This document shows positions 1 through 14,709 of a stretch of DNA of 64,000 nt, one piece after another. The notes under the pieces were generated by a model. It saw only the letters and a list, made by a program, of their open reading frames with translations. It searched no databases and was not told where the DNA came from. Each line of letters opens with the position of its first letter. The first letter of the stretch is position 1. Source of the stretch: Octopus sinensis (taxonomy: Eukaryota); NCBI RefSeq assembly GCF_006345805.1, contig NC_042998.1:64604001-64668000 (forward strand), in the 5' to 3' direction. The translations under genes were made by a program, and so were the position numbers.

Positions 1-217
1 AAAGAACTGGAACGGCTCATGTACTGAGAAGAGCATTATTGCTGTGAAAACAACATCCATCCATGAATTTATTTTTTTATTAATTTTAAATACATATTTT
101 TATCTGTGAATTTGCTTGTGTAATCTGGGAATGCATACAATGAGCTTCTCTGCCGTAGGTGTATGGAAAACACTCAACGAGAAACGGAAGAAAATTTGAA
201 GAAAGAAGGAAAAAAAC
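1..217 (+). mobile_element. 3' end of R4/Dong-like non-LTR retrotransposon (copy 1; cut by window edge)
   Basis: Matches 424-640 at an offset of 423 with one substitution seen. Reads TGTAHVLRRALLL* followed by a 3' UTR and an (AAT)n tract. Confidence 0.6.
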
Positions 218-281
218 TAATAATAATAATAATAATAATAATAATTACAATAATAATAATAATAATAATAATAAAAATGAA

Positions 282-356
<75 letters not shown>
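218..356. repeat. (AAT)n microsatellite
   Basis: Near-perfect AAT array; it explains the poly-N, poly-I and poly-Y ORFs. Confidence 0.98.
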
Positions 357-358
<2 letters not shown>

Positions 359-658
359 TAAAAAGAAGGTACTGAAACATATTTGAAAATGATTCCAGGC
401 TTACCATCCCCACAGGAAGTGCAAAAGAACTGGAACGGCTCATGTACTGAGAAGAGCATTATTGCTGTGAAAACAACACCCATCCATGAATTTATTTTTT
501 TATTAATTTTAAATACATATTTTTATCTGTGAATTTGCTTGTGTAATCTGGGAATGCATACAATGAGCTTCTCTGCCGTAGGTGTATGGAAAACACTCAA
601 CGAGAAACGGAAGAAAATTTGAAGAAAGAAGGAAAAAAACTAATAATAATAATAATAA
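357..658 (+). mobile_element. 5'-truncated R4/Dong-like LINE 3' end (copy 2) with short (AAT)n tail
   Basis: From 362 it translates as KEGTETYLKMIPGLPSPQEVQK, then after a frameshift TGTAHVLRRALLL* (stop 468-470). This resembles the C-terminus of R4-clade restriction-like-endonuclease LINEs. Flanked by AAT repeats, the known Dong target. Confidence 0.6.
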
Positions 659-3600
659 AAGGACATAACATCGGTCATGCGGAGAGAGGAGGTTCGTACA
701 CATGGTCGATTGCTGGATTTACTTAATCAACCTTACCCGGACTTATGCAGCGGAGGGGAACATTTTAGATGCAAACATGTGGTCATTCATGACGGAAAGG
801 TGTCTTTACACACAAGCACTCACAGACACACATACATCACCGACACGTACTCACACACACACAGACACACACACACATATACATATATATGATATATGTA
901 TATATACCTATGTATATATGTATACACACAGACACACACACATACACGCACACACACACACATATGTATATATATCATCATTGTTCGACCGTGGTCGAGA
1001 CAATGGAATTTAGTATGTTACGCCAGACTTCACGGCCCATCATAGCATTACGGGGGTCCTGTTGCTGGATGCCTGATCCCTGGAGATTACATCAGGGTAG
1101 GAGAGTGCGTAACATATAAATATGTGTATGTGTATATGTATGCATGTATGTATGTATGGATTCCCACACACATATATACTCAAGTTTTCTTCGTTCCTAT
1201 TGTCTTGCAGGAACATTGATTGGAATATTTAAGACGCATATTGTTTTATTTATTTATTTTTGAAGGATATTTGTAATACAACAAATAATGTTTTTTTTTC
1301 TTTTTTTGTTAACTGGAAAAATATTTAAATGCAATTAATTCCAGTTCTGTCACAAAGCCAGCAGTTTTGAGGGCAGAAAGCACGTCCGCTACATCGACGC
1401 CAGTACTTGTCTGGTAAATTACTACATCGAACCCGAAAGGAGGAAACGCAAAGATGGTCTCGTAAAGCATCGGAAAATATACCGGTAATCCTTTTAGCCA
1501 ACGTGCTTACGATACTGCCTGCTCCCCGCCTAAAACATGGCAGACTTTTCATGGTTTATCAGAATATTACGTTAGGTTTACGATATCAACATATAGCGCA
1601 ACCACAACTTTGAGAGAAAAGAGAAATACCTAGCGCTATTTCTTTATTTTCTCATGTATATTCTGATTTCATATACCTGCATGATGTTTTCACTTAGGTC
1701 AGTTAGAACATAATAAATGTGTTTGTACGATAAATAGTTTTAATTAAATATGCATGCTTACCTCCTCCCCATGTAGTGTTAATTAATTTTATGTTTGAAA
1801 TCCAGACGATAAGAACTGGGATAAGATTCTATGAAGAACACCATCATATCATGCAGATATTTCTATAATTTAGTACGTGTTTTGGGAATTTGATGTTTAA
1901 AACTACTTAAAGATCAATTTAAATATTCACGTAAATACTTACTCTATAATTTAATGTAAAATGTATTCATTTCAACTATTATATCTTCTCATTTGGGATA
2001 CTGGCGATAATGAAATGGTATGAGAATGAATCACTATAAAATCCACAGTACAGATAATTTACATTATTATGTGACTTGGTTCGTACGATTAAGTATCTAA
2101 ATTTCAAAATATCTTACCACATATTTCTAATTCTTCTGTACAACTGAGCATATCATATCTATTTTCAGACAATCTCTAGCCATTTGCCTTACCTCCATTA
2201 AATGTATTAGAGTTTTACTGCGCATTATCTAAACTGAAACGCCTATTACTCAGTAGATTATTCATTCTCTTCCCTAAACTCACTTCTCAGAAAGGCAATG
2301 ATAAAAGTCAGCTACGTAAATTAGTGAACACGACTATATACATGGAATATAAATTGAAAGCAAGAAAGAATAACAATTTATTAAATTCGAACTGATATAT
2401 TGCGTTATATCAGCAATTAATATAGAATTTAAATTAGAGTAAAATTCTTCAGATGTTCTTACATTTTGATTTATTTACATGGAAATCATTCTATATATAT
2501 ATTCTAAAACAGCGTTATGAATAAACTAATTTGATATTCACAGGAGGTTTACAACGAGATTAATTTCAATAGTTTCTTATGTTATTGAAGGATAAAAAAG
2601 TAATTATCTATTGTGCTTTTATTCAGATAGTTTCAAATGAACATAAGAATTACTTTCTAATATTTCTAAACTAAGCATGATTATAGTTAGTAATCACCTT
2701 ATGTTTTCAGAATACTTTGCATACAACATTATGTTAGCAATGTATTAAATTTTCAATTCTGTATTTTAAATGCCTTTGTAGAATTTTATGATTCTACGCT
2801 TTGTTTTCATTGCAAATATTATCCACTGTTTGATTTTGCTATTGTTGAAAACAAAATCGTTTTCATACACAAATTCATTTACATATTTCAATAAAGGAAA
2901 ATTAAATATGAAATACAAAATTCTGAATGTAAATTTTGTGAAAACAATTAAACAATTTGCATTCAAAAGTGTATGAAACCCTTTAACATACTAAACATTT
3001 ATTTTTCAAATTTAAAATGTGCTACTTTATACAGATATATTATATACAACCACAAAATTTCAAAATGCTATATATGGTGTCTCCTAAAGAATGTTAATAA
3101 TGGGGTCTCCTACTTCCATCCAGATACTAACATACTAATATTTTGAAGGATATTTGATGAAAGCCGATATAACCACCACGCTAGGCAAACACTCATTTAT
3201 ATAACGTTACAACATTTGCAAAATCGATATATCTGTAGATTATACATATTCATATTTATCGTAAAATAATGCATGCTATGCGTACGAACAAACATACCCA
3301 CCCACACATACATACTCGTATAAACACACACATACGTGTATGCACACACACACAAATAACAACGCACACATAGAAAAGCAAACACACACACACATATGTA
3401 TGCACCCAGAGGAAGATGTATGCTAAACACAAGATTATGTCACTGGTTCCCTACGTACATTTCACCATTGAGGTTATTGCTTCCTTTGAAGTAGATGTTG
3501 CAAGTGCAATTGAATAATATACTACACCGGTTCTACAGCGGAACGCGTTGCAAAGATCAAATACCATACTCAAAAGTAGCAGCTGTACATCTAATTACAC

Positions 3601-3758
3601 ATGTAATATATATATGTACATACACACACACACATATATATATATGTATATATCTATATTTGTAATATATATTATATATATATATTGATATATTTGTGTA
3701 TGTGTGTGTGTATTTGATCGTTTGCTTATGAATTCTGCTATGGATTAGAATAAATATA

Positions 3759-4608
3759 CATGGTGCGGTGGACATGTTATCGATTAAATTACACAAAAAT
3801 AATAATGACACTGACACCTCGTTTTAACGTATATTTCCCAAAATTACGTAAAAATATCTTCAAATACTAAACAGTGGATCTATTCAATATAATCGCCATC
3901 ACCTTAAAGCACAGAGTCCAGGCGAATTTGGAAAGCCCTGAAACTCTTCTGGACGGACACCTTGTTCAAGTTGGTAAATGCTCCCATAATTCTTGCCTTC
4001 ACTTCATCTGCAGTGTTACAAGGACTTCAACTTCGCTCCACACATAATAATTAAAGGGGTTGTTGCAGTTTGGGGAGTTAGGTGGTCAGATGTTAGGAGT
4101 GAGGATGCCACAGAATACGTCAGCCATTATCGGATTCTCCAGCTTGTGTGGTGTGGTGCAGAATCCTGTTGCCAGATATAGGTTCTTCCAGTAGCCACCC
4201 TTTTGACTCAAGGGAGCACAAACTCATCCAGGCACTTGATGTAGGCCTCCGTGTTGGATTTGAGGCCGTGAGGGAAGATGAATGGCGGCATAACGTCGCC
4301 ATCACTAGGAATCTCTCCAAACACCATGATGTTGAATACATGATTGAATGTTATCACTCTCGGTATATGTTTTGGAGACAGGGCAAGTCAACGGTTGTTT
4401 TCTATGTTCATAATCTGTTCGTATTTGGAGCTTTCGTCGCGAAAGCCAAGCATGCCGTTTCTAAATTTGCGTCACGGTGCTGTTTTTTTCTCACAGAAGG
4501 TGCCGAACTGAACCTAGTATATTGTGTAGAGTACAAAACCAAAAATATATAATGCGCATGCACGAAATACAAAATACACTATGACGCCAATTTATCCATC
4601 ACACCCTG
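3759..4608 (-). mobile_element. Internally deleted Tc1/mariner-superfamily DNA transposon remnant
   Basis: The minus strand gives MVFGEIPSDGDVMPPFIFPHGL...EAYIKCLDEFVLP*VKRVATGRTYIWQQDSAPHHT and a degenerate WPPNSPD-like region, with stops and frameshifts. Degenerate TIRs: catggtgcggtggac (3759) and ttatccatcacaccctg (ends 4608). Confidence 0.8.
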
Positions 4609-5392
4609 TTTATTCTTCCAGTCAACTCTACTAACAACTTTTGCAATTATAGTTGAATGTCAAGGAATATTACAATCACGCGTGAAGATTTCTTTGAATT
4701 TTTTTGTAGAATCAGCGTCTAAACCCCAACAAATGTTGACATTATAATTATAGGTAAATTCACCTCAAGTTTCATTAACTCTTTCCATTTACATATTTCC
4801 ACGTATATTTACATATTTCCACGTACATTTCAAAATTAGCTCTTCTACATAGCAAGCTTTCAGATCCCAGTCAGGACTTCATTTTGATGAAGTAAACGAT
4901 TCAACGTCTGTATTCATATTTTTATTTCTCTAAACTTACATACACACACTTACAAACATAAATACATCTAAAACACACACACACACATACATACACATAC
5001 CTACACAACATACACACGCACATATATATAAATGTTTGTATGGACCCACACGAGCAGTATTATTGCCAAACGGTAACATATTCACCACTTGAAATTGAAT
5101 GCTTTATTAGAAGATACGAATACTGAGGTATTTGCCAACAGTTAAAAAAAAACTCTCATTCGCTTTTTGTGTGCCTTGAGGCCTATTATTATCACTGTTT
5201 CTGTCGCTCTATTTATTTTCTAATAAACCCACTGGCTTATTGCGTTTTGCTGTTTCCGGCGGTCTTCCATCTGTCATTGATATGGACAAAAGAGGACGAA
5301 ATCATATAACCTTGTAACCCTGCCAACGAGATTGGTGGTGATTGCATGACGGTCGCGATGTGCTTTCATGCACAGAATTAAACCATAGTGTT

Positions 5393-5605
5393 ATTCTTTC
5401 ATTTGTTTCAGTCACTTGAGTGTGGCCATGCTGGAGCACCACCTTTTTAGTCGAACAAAACGACCCCAGGACTTCTCATTTGTAAGACTAGTACTTATTG
5501 TCTCGGTCACTTTTTGCCAAACCGCTAGGTTACGTGGATGTAAATACACCAGCATCAGTTGTCAAGCGATAGTAGGGGTACAAACACAGAAACACAAACA
5601 CGTAA

Positions 5606-5656
<51 letters not shown>

Positions 5657-5820
5657 CACATACTCCACAGGCTTCTTTCAGTTTCTGTCTACCAAATCCA
5701 CTCACAAGGCTTTGGTCGGCCCGAGGCTATAGTAGAAGACACTTGCCCAAGGTGCGACGCAGTGGGATTGAACCTGGAACCATGTGGTTGGTAAGCAAGC
5801 AATCTACCACACATCCACAG
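5393..5820 (-). mobile_element. tRNA-related SINE (octopod-type) with internal (TG)n
   Basis: Minus-strand head with B-box-like ggttcaatccc, body ...gggcaagtgtcttctactatagcctcgggccgaccaaagccttgtgagtggatttggtagac. The same body and tail motifs recur at about 43710-43765 and 44280-44480. Confidence 0.75.
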
Positions 5821-5908
5821 CTAGAGAGTCTTTCTTTATGGGTAAATAATTCAGTATTGTATGTTTTATCACATCATCCAGTGTTAAGTGGTGTATATGT
5901 TTACCTGT

Positions 5909-5993
<85 letters not shown>

Positions 5994-8900
5994 TGTATGC
6001 ATATGAGAACGGGTTTATCAGTGTATCGTGAAACCCCTGAGAGACTTATAAGTTCTATATCTAATAAATTATATAATTATTCTTCAAAATGAATAATATA
6101 TTTTCTACCAGGCTTGCCATGCCTGCCAAGAATTCTTTTGCGACTGCTATTGGTTAGAAGACTATATGTTAATTTAAAATATTTTTATGCCGTAAGAATA
6201 AGAATTTTTCTTATTTTCCGATTCAGTTACTATTACACCGATATTGCCAGACACACACATACACACACGCATACATATATATATGCGTTTATGAATATGT
6301 ATATATATATAAATATGCATCTAACATTTTATACCTTTGGATCTATCTATTCATCCATCTATATATCTCTATGTATTATGTATTACATTGTTGGCTGTGA
6401 TACTTAGGTATCATTATTCCATTCTGCCTTTTTATTGTTGAAAAGATATACATAAACGGCAGAAGTTATTATAGACATTACAACAATATATTTTTCTCTG
6501 AATTATATTTTCCTTTTACTCCGCTATCCATTTTCATCATTCAATTATCTTGCTTAGATTATATCATTTTCTACATTTCTTCATACACTTCGCAATCACA
6601 TTTGCTTTCCTTTTTCTAGATCTCCATATCTATAAATCTATAAACCCTTATTCATATTTTTGCCATTATATGTACTTATCTAAAATTCGAAATCCTTTCT
6701 ACTCTGTTTTTCCTTCTAATCCTTTAGGACTGCTATTTTTTAAGTCTTTCAAAATTAACGTATTTTCAATATAATTCCTTCCATATTTTACTACTTGTTC
6801 TCTTGTGTTTCATTTCATTTGATTCCATCATTTCATTTCTATCAATTTATTTTCTTTTAATCTCCATCCAAAGATAAAAAAATATTTCATTTTTATTTTT
6901 TTGAATTTTCATACTGATATGAAATCTTTAAATATAGCTCATTATCTATTTATTACTTGCATTCTCTGTTATTTTATTTTCTGATCAAACTATATCATAC
7001 AAACGTATTTTTTATTAACATTTTACTAGTTCTCTTTGAATATATTTCTTCTCAAAAGTATACTTCCTTCCAAATATTTGATGTTTCGTCGTTTTTTGTT
7101 CTATGATAAAAGAGGATAAAAATGGGTTCATTAAATGATTAAATTAGACGAAAATTGAATTTCAATTCTTTCATTGGAATGAGAAAAAAATTCGATAATT
7201 GCATAGCGTTAAAATAACTTCCTTTTAGTGTTTTATTTTTTCTTTCGCATTCTACAGAATTTCCAGGATTTTCCCTTTTCCTTTTCAGTTAGCTATTTCT
7301 GAAGTATTTTCCCGTTTTTATTTTTTAAGGAATCACAACAGCATTATTGCTAATGCAATCCTGTATGTGAGGAAATCGGTTTATTTAAAGCAAAATAGCA
7401 TACAGCTTTCGAATATATTATTTTAACGCTCAAAGTATGTTTAGGTTTCAAACCAAACACTTCAATCAATAATCTATTTACATTCAGCTATGTGGACTCT
7501 TCTAAATTTTAAAATTTGAACCATGCTATAAGTAAAATCTTGAATCTTGAAAGATTCATTATTCCACAAGTACCAATTTAATAACGCATTAACATGATCA
7601 CTTAAGTTACTAAAATTTGTTTTGTATTTTGGCACAGTACCCGCAGTTTTGAGGGAGTGATATAGACATTTGCATTGCATTGTCCACAGTACATGATTGC
7701 TTCTTCATTTCGGCGATGTTTTAAGGGATAAATGCATAAGGCGGCATTGGTGGTTTCTGGACTCAGAAGAAGAAATGCCGATTTCTGCCAGTCGCAAATG
7801 AACCTTTCTACTATAAGCTTCAAATCTTCGTACGATATTTTTCAAGCATTTCTACGTCAGTCTTGAAGGTGTGGTGTCAAACATTACTCTCTTCTATCTT
7901 CTGAGGCCCTGCATGGGTTGACCGCATGATATCTTCTCGGTATTGAGTTCGCTATGGAGTGTCTGACGTGGCAGTCGAACACTCTTCATGCGGTGGCGAA
8001 TACCTGCTTATCGGAGACAATATTTGAGTTGTTGGCGTTACCCCGTTCAAGGCGAAGAAATAATTTCATTTCTTGTTCATAATTACTCGCAGTTTTCCTT
8101 GGAGCCCTTCAAAGTTTCAAATATCCCGTCTGTACAAATTCCATGCCTCATCACCAGACTATATATATTATAACTTCAATAACCTTCTTCGCACAAAACC
8201 CATAACTCAATCAGTAAAACACATTTGCTACACTTACAATCACATCAATTTTCACAGATTCAGATTTGAGGTACCATATGTACCCAGCAGTCATATATAA
8301 AACAGTTAAATGTCTTTATTTCAAATTTCAATATTTCCATGTGGAGATAATTGTCTTACCCTTTTCATAAAATAATTCCAGTATATTGTGTTCAACTAAT
8401 TTAGTTGCTTCCCTTCATCATTGAATATATTTTATCTGTCTTTTGATATAGGAATATATAACTTAACACACACACACACACACACATACACACACACACG
8501 TAAATATATATACACACCCACGTATATATATATATATATATTATATATGCAGACATACACATATAGTGTTGGTATGTGTAGGCATATATGAGCTTGTGTG
8601 TGTGTATGCATTTATGTATTCATATACTGTGATTTTAGTGAACAATAGAACAACCAGTATTTAGAACACTATGTATTCTCACATATCTGAAGGAAAACAA
8701 TGAGGAGGTCACTACGTTGTAGTACCAGCAATGGCAACACTCACTAATCTGATAAGTCTCCTCAAACGCCTGTAAGGTGATTGAAGTAAAATGCTTCATA
8801 AACAAAAGCCTCGGCTCTGTTTTGAAAGGATGTAAGGCTCAGTGAAACTCAGCGTCAATTGAACCTAGAACGTAAAGAACTAAAATATAATAATCAAAAT

Positions 8901-10658
8901 ACAGACATCAAAAGTGGGAATATTTTGATAAGAGATCATTCCGAATAATATACAAAAATGAAATATAGAATAACTATAGATAAAAACTGATTTTAAAGAT
9001 AATAAATATCTGTTATCCAACTGTTAAAATTACCCTCTAAAACTGTCAAAAGTTGCAGTGCAAAATAAATTTATCTTTACGATGCAGCGGCAATCTAATC
9101 ATGAAATTTCAAAAAATAGAATTCAAAATCCATTAACTCATCCGGAGAGATGATTCATAAATGTTTCATTTCAGTAGTAATATTTATTTTATTATTAATC
9201 GAAGAAGGCAGCAAGCTTGCGCAATCGCTAGTACGGCGTCCAATATGCTTAATGGCATTTCATCGTCTTTACATTCAAAGTTGTTCAAATGGAGACTAGT
9301 GGTGGGTCTGGTTGTGTCTATACATATTGACATCTCTGGGACCAATAAACCGGGATGACCCAAGTCCTATCAAGCAAGTGCATGAAACAAGCAAGCAAGT
9401 ATAGAAGTTGTAGTAGCACAAAGCTTTATTGATGCTATCATAAGTGTATACGGATAGGGGTATAAATACATAATTATAGAATCTAATCAGAAATATATTG
9501 TCATACAGTAAATAGATTGAAGTAAACTCATACATCTACAGACTTCGCTTTCACATATAGACCAGTGATCATTTTCTGAGCTTTGAACAACTTTTTAGGT
9601 TTTATGCTAATGCCAAGATTACCTCCTTATATAATAAGTCCATCTGATACAGAGATGATATCATTGATACTGGAAAACAGAAGAAAACGTGAGAACTTTG
9701 AATTTAACAAAAAAAGCAAATAACTAAACATATAATTTTGCATTTCGATAAAGGTGGATATTGGGGTTGATGTAATCGGCTTTACTTCGTTCCCTGATAT
9801 TGTTGTCCTTGTGCCAAAAGTTGAAGCCATTGTTAATCGAAAATATATGGTCAATATGACAATTCACGAAGCAAATACTTTCGGCTATGATTCGCTATCA
9901 AACTTACTTTGCACAGCCAGTGCGAAAGGAATGACATTGATGCATCCTACGCTTGAAACACGAGAATGCTCCTTCCCAATAAGGTTATACATATAAGGTG
10001 CTACGTATGTATTTCTCTGTATTAACGTATGAGCGCACACTCTTATACAGACAAGTGAAATTCCAGACAACGTATACGTTTTTCTTGTTATCAATTGGGA
10101 TAATCTCCACATGAAAAGATCGGATAACATGAAAATCTGAATCTAACATGAGTTACAAGAAAGGAACATACATTTGTATTATCTGGTGACAAGACGACAG
10201 CTGTGCACACGTGCTGATGACATGTCTTAAAGCAGATCTTCAGCCTTATTTCAGAGTGAATATTTAGCTTATTCTAAAGGGGGTAAAATGCATTTAATTT
10301 ATGGCATTGGGAAATCACGTAAACCAAACAATATACATATATATATATACATATATATTTATATCATAGTGTGATACTTTGAAAGTTGATCCTTTTCAAC
10401 TGTGAAATGATGGTATAGATTTCATAATAAAGTAGCTTGTTTTATGCATTCCAACATCTTAACCTGATATTTAAATGAAAGGATGGAGTTATTGTGGCCA
10501 AATCACCACAGGTGTTTGAAAATCTTACATCAATAATGTTTATTCAAACGAAAGTAAAATAACCGAATGTGTGATGAATGGTAAATAGACCAACAAAAAT
10601 GACGAATAAGATTACGCAAGTTACACACACATACATAAAGACACAAGTGTTCCATACT

Positions 10659-11139
10659 TTCGCTATTGGAGATAATGAAATACAATTGCTGTATTGTTGA
10701 CGCCTATTGATGCAATAATTCCTTGCCACAGATGGCTTGCCACAGATGCCTTCAGACAGACTGATTAGTTTTTCTTTAAAGACACTTCACCTTGGGAGAA
10801 ATCTTGAGTCTTAAGATAATCTCTTCTCATATTTCCTTTATCGCAAATGGTATCAAGCCTTTGTTCCGCATTCTCGGGTGGCGAAGGTAATTTCAATAAC
10901 TCATATTGAAATTACTTTTTTTTTCCAGAGAATGTAGGACAAAAGTTCGGTAGTATTTGCGACAAACGTCATTTGAGAAGAGATAATCTCAAGAACCAAA
11001 GATTCTCGCAAAATGAAATGTCTTTAAAGAAAAGCCAATCAGTCTGTCTCGAGACAGCAGGCCCTCTGTGGTAACGAATTTAATGCATCAATAGACGTCA
11101 AGAATGCAGCAGTTGTACTTCATTATCTCGAAAATCGAA
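10659..11139. mobile_element. ~480-bp foldback/MITE-like element
   Basis: Two ~240-bp imperfect inverted arms meet at gtaatttcaata-actca-tattgaaattac (10887-10915). Outer ends ttcgctattggagataatgaaatacaattgctg and cagcagttgtacttcattatctcgaaaatcgaa are reverse complements. Confidence 0.8.
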
Positions 11140-13959
11140 GGAAGGAGGCGCTTACTGATGCATGTACATAGGATCATGTACATATATGTACATATATGAG
11201 GGAATTCCTACACACACACATACACATAGAGATAAGTGGACAGGTAGATAGATAGATAAATACATACATACATGCATGCGTACCTTAATATATATATGCA
11301 TGCCATTGTTCTGTAATATTTCAATATTCCTTGCCAATAGAAAAAGAGTCGGTTTTTACCCAAGATCCTAGTCTCCTTCATTGGAATTTCAACATCAAAA
11401 GCAGCATTTTGTATGTATGTATGTATGTATGTATGTATGTATGTATGTATGTATGTACATGTGCAGATTTTTATGTTTTATTTCATTCATGCATTCTGAT
11501 GAGTATAGTTGCATATCTGGACATGCTCATACATATTTAAATGATAAATTTCTATAAAGTATTAAGGACTTTTATAGTTCCTGTGATGGATTGTATCTCT
11601 AGTCTTTGAATCAGCTTTCTCGTTTCTGGTTTTGAAAAGCCTAATTTCTCAAGATTGGTATTTAGGCAGTGTTACCTATCCAAGTGCTCCAATAATTACA
11701 GGTATAAACCTGAACTTGTATATTGGATTGAGTAACTGCAGATTTCTCAATTGCATGTCTTTATGTATATATGGATGTATGTATCTATCTATGAGTCTGT
11801 CTGTCTATCAATCTAGCTCTCTCCCTACCTATTTATCTATCTATGTCTCTCTCTCTCTCTCCCTCTCTCTCTCTCTCTGTATCTTTCTATCTATGTATCA
11901 ATTTATCTATCTATTCATCTTTATGCATGTGTGTATGCGTATGAATAGATACATATGTAAATTTCTGAGTAATTACAATCATATTTTTATACTCAGGTGG
12001 TGATATATATCGAGATTTCCGATGTTAATTTTAGATTAAATTACGCGCGTGTCTTCATGTCATCTTTAAAATATAATTAAATATACGTTAACGGCACACG
12101 GTAATTATAGAATTTCAATTGTAAACAGGAATGTGCTCACATAGCTTCTGTGGATACACAACGAATATAAGTCATTAGGTCTATATTAATCAAAAAGAAG
12201 AGAAAAAGAGAAAAAACTCGGATGGAACTTGGATGACGCAGATTACGATAAACGTATACCGACAGGGAGAACCTGAATTCAACTAGCGTAAATACGCAGA
12301 TATCACACCACTCTAAATACGAAAGTAAAAGAAAACCATAAGCAGTTTTGAATACTAGCACTCAAGAATATTTGAGCGGTTGGAGAGGGATATGGCTATT
12401 TATCAGATTGCATTTGTGGGATTGACACAGCCTCATCAAAAATTAATTTGAAATGACTCGAACGAGTTGTCCATGTTTATAAACAACTACTGAAATGAAT
12501 ATATCATTATGAAGTTCCTTCTTTGCTCTTACTTCCACAAACACATACAGACACATACATACGCGTCCGCCCGCAAACATTTCATGAGGAGGGTAATTAT
12601 GGTACACACTGCAGAACGAAAAATAAGACCTGTCAACGGCGCAAGAGCTCATGAGCAGTCAACGGCCATCCAATAATATGTGTATGTATGCATGCATATA
12701 TGCGTGGGGACGTGGAAATACATGGGCCTGTGTCCAGGCGCGCGGTGGGCCTACTGGCAGTGGCGAGGCCCCTCTATTTTTCTCAAACATCTCTTTAGAA
12801 GAGGGAAACTCTACTGAAAAACCTGTCACACTTTTAATATTCGATGATGTAGACTAGTTCTTCTTTTCGAGCGTGTGTTCACCATTCTCAGAAGGTGGGT
12901 TTGTGCAGACTCTTCATCCACTATAAAAAAACATCATGTACAGGCATCGTTTCAAAAACGGTAAGAACTATCGCAAAAATTGCTGGCCGTAGCCTTCGCA
13001 TATGTGAAACTTTCAATCAGGCGACAGTTATAATCGAACATGAGTTAGTAGCCACCATACATGCATATATATATATATATTTATAAATGAGGGTGAACAA
13101 TTGATATATATATATATATATATCAGTTTAACAGATTTTCTTTCTTTCACTATGTCTCTATATATATGAACATAATTTGCCGCTATCGGTTGAACAGCAA
13201 GATAGAAGTGTGTTGAACTGTAAACGAGGAAGCATGACATCTTTCTTTTTAACTTGTTTTGAAATATTGTGTACCTTGTAGTACGAATTGGTATGGATGA
13301 AAGAAGGTAAATACCTTGTTAAGATATGCAAATCTTTTCACAAAATATGTATTATAAAGATGAAGAATGTAGTATGTACTAAATTTAAATTTAATTAATT
13401 TTTCAAAATTGATTTATTTTCTTTGTACATTAAATATGAAACTAGTTGTGTATTAACCACGCTAACCTTAAAATAAACTGAATTCATAGCCCCCGCCTTA
13501 TATCATTTCGTATTAAAGAGAATTGTCGATGTTTTATTTAAACATTGATCATTAAACACGTATAGATATAAGTTTTTTAACTACTCACCTCTTTCTCGCC
13601 CCCTCTCTCTCTCTATATATATATATATGCATATATATATTTATATTTTGTACATATATATATATATATAAGAATAAATGTTTTTATAAATAAAGAACGT
13701 GAAATACAGGAAGGGACGAACACGGAACACAGACAAATCATTCGAAGCCTTCAATCTTTAGTCAGACACCGAATCATCATAGCAAATTTCGGCTGTTCAA
13801 TTCTGATATTTGCTCCAACTCGGCCAGCCCCAAGAAAAAAACTAAGCTGTAAGCATTAGATTTCTTGGTAGAAGACAGGAATGTGAACGCACGAGACGGA
13901 TGTAAATACAAGAGACGAAAACGAAATTAAAAACAGTAATGGATAAACTACACACACAC

Positions 13960-13966
13960 CCATATA

Positions 13967-14042
<76 letters not shown>

Positions 14043-14044
14043 TA

Positions 14045-14129
<85 letters not shown>

Positions 14130-14134
14130 ATTAT

Positions 14135-14178
<44 letters not shown>

Positions 14179-14179
14179 T
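13960..14179. repeat. (TA)n microsatellite
   Basis: Long interrupted TA array directly left of the 14180 palindrome. Confidence 0.97.
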
Positions 14180-14709
14180 ATACTAAGCAATAAGGGTTTA
14201 GCAACGAGTTGCCTTACCACATACCGAATTTAGAAATAGCAGTCAAAGGGTTATAGCTATTTCTTCTACTAAAAAGGGAGATCTCAGTAAAAACAGCATT
14301 TGGAAGGCACAAACAGGTAAGAGAGAATGAATTGACTGCAATCTATCATACATTTTTTTAGTTATCCACGGACGTACGTTTCGAAATCAAGTTTTAAAAC
14401 TTGATTTCGAAACGTACGTCCGTGGATAACTAAAAAAATGTATGATAGATTGCAGTCAATTCATTCTCTCTTACTGTTTGTGCCTTCCAAATGCTGTTTT
14501 TACTGAGATCTCCCTTTTTAGTAGAAGAAATAGCTATAACCTTTTGACTGCTATTTCTAAATTCGGTATGTGGTAAGGCAACTCGTTGCTAAACCCTTAT
14601 TGCTTAGTATTACTTAAATTTTCCTCGAATGAGGCTTTTACATGCCGAAGACTACTTGGTGTAATTGATAATTTTTCCAAATTAATTAATTTCACCCTTC
14701 ATTATTACG

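Noticed and set aside
159-483. Poly-N, poly-I and poly-Y ORFs (and the many IY/CV/HT-rich ORFs at 13.9, 35.7, 41.3-42.7 and 46.9 kb)
   Set aside because: They are translations of (AAT)n, (TA)n and (CA)n microsatellites, with no coding signal.
4148-4552. 134-aa plus-strand ORF
   Set aside because: It is the antisense shadow of the minus-strand mariner remnant.
5416-6006. 196-aa ORF
   Set aside because: It runs through a SINE and microsatellites, with no protein-like composition.
12892-12960. 69-bp segment bounded by AG and GTAAGA (possible exon)
   Set aside because: No recognisable peptide in any frame and no partner exons; such splice-like pairs arise by chance.
13735-13800. Possible degenerate hammerhead on the minus strand next to (TA)n
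   Set aside because: Neither an intact CUGANGA nor a GAAAC..NUH with consistent stems could be drawn.
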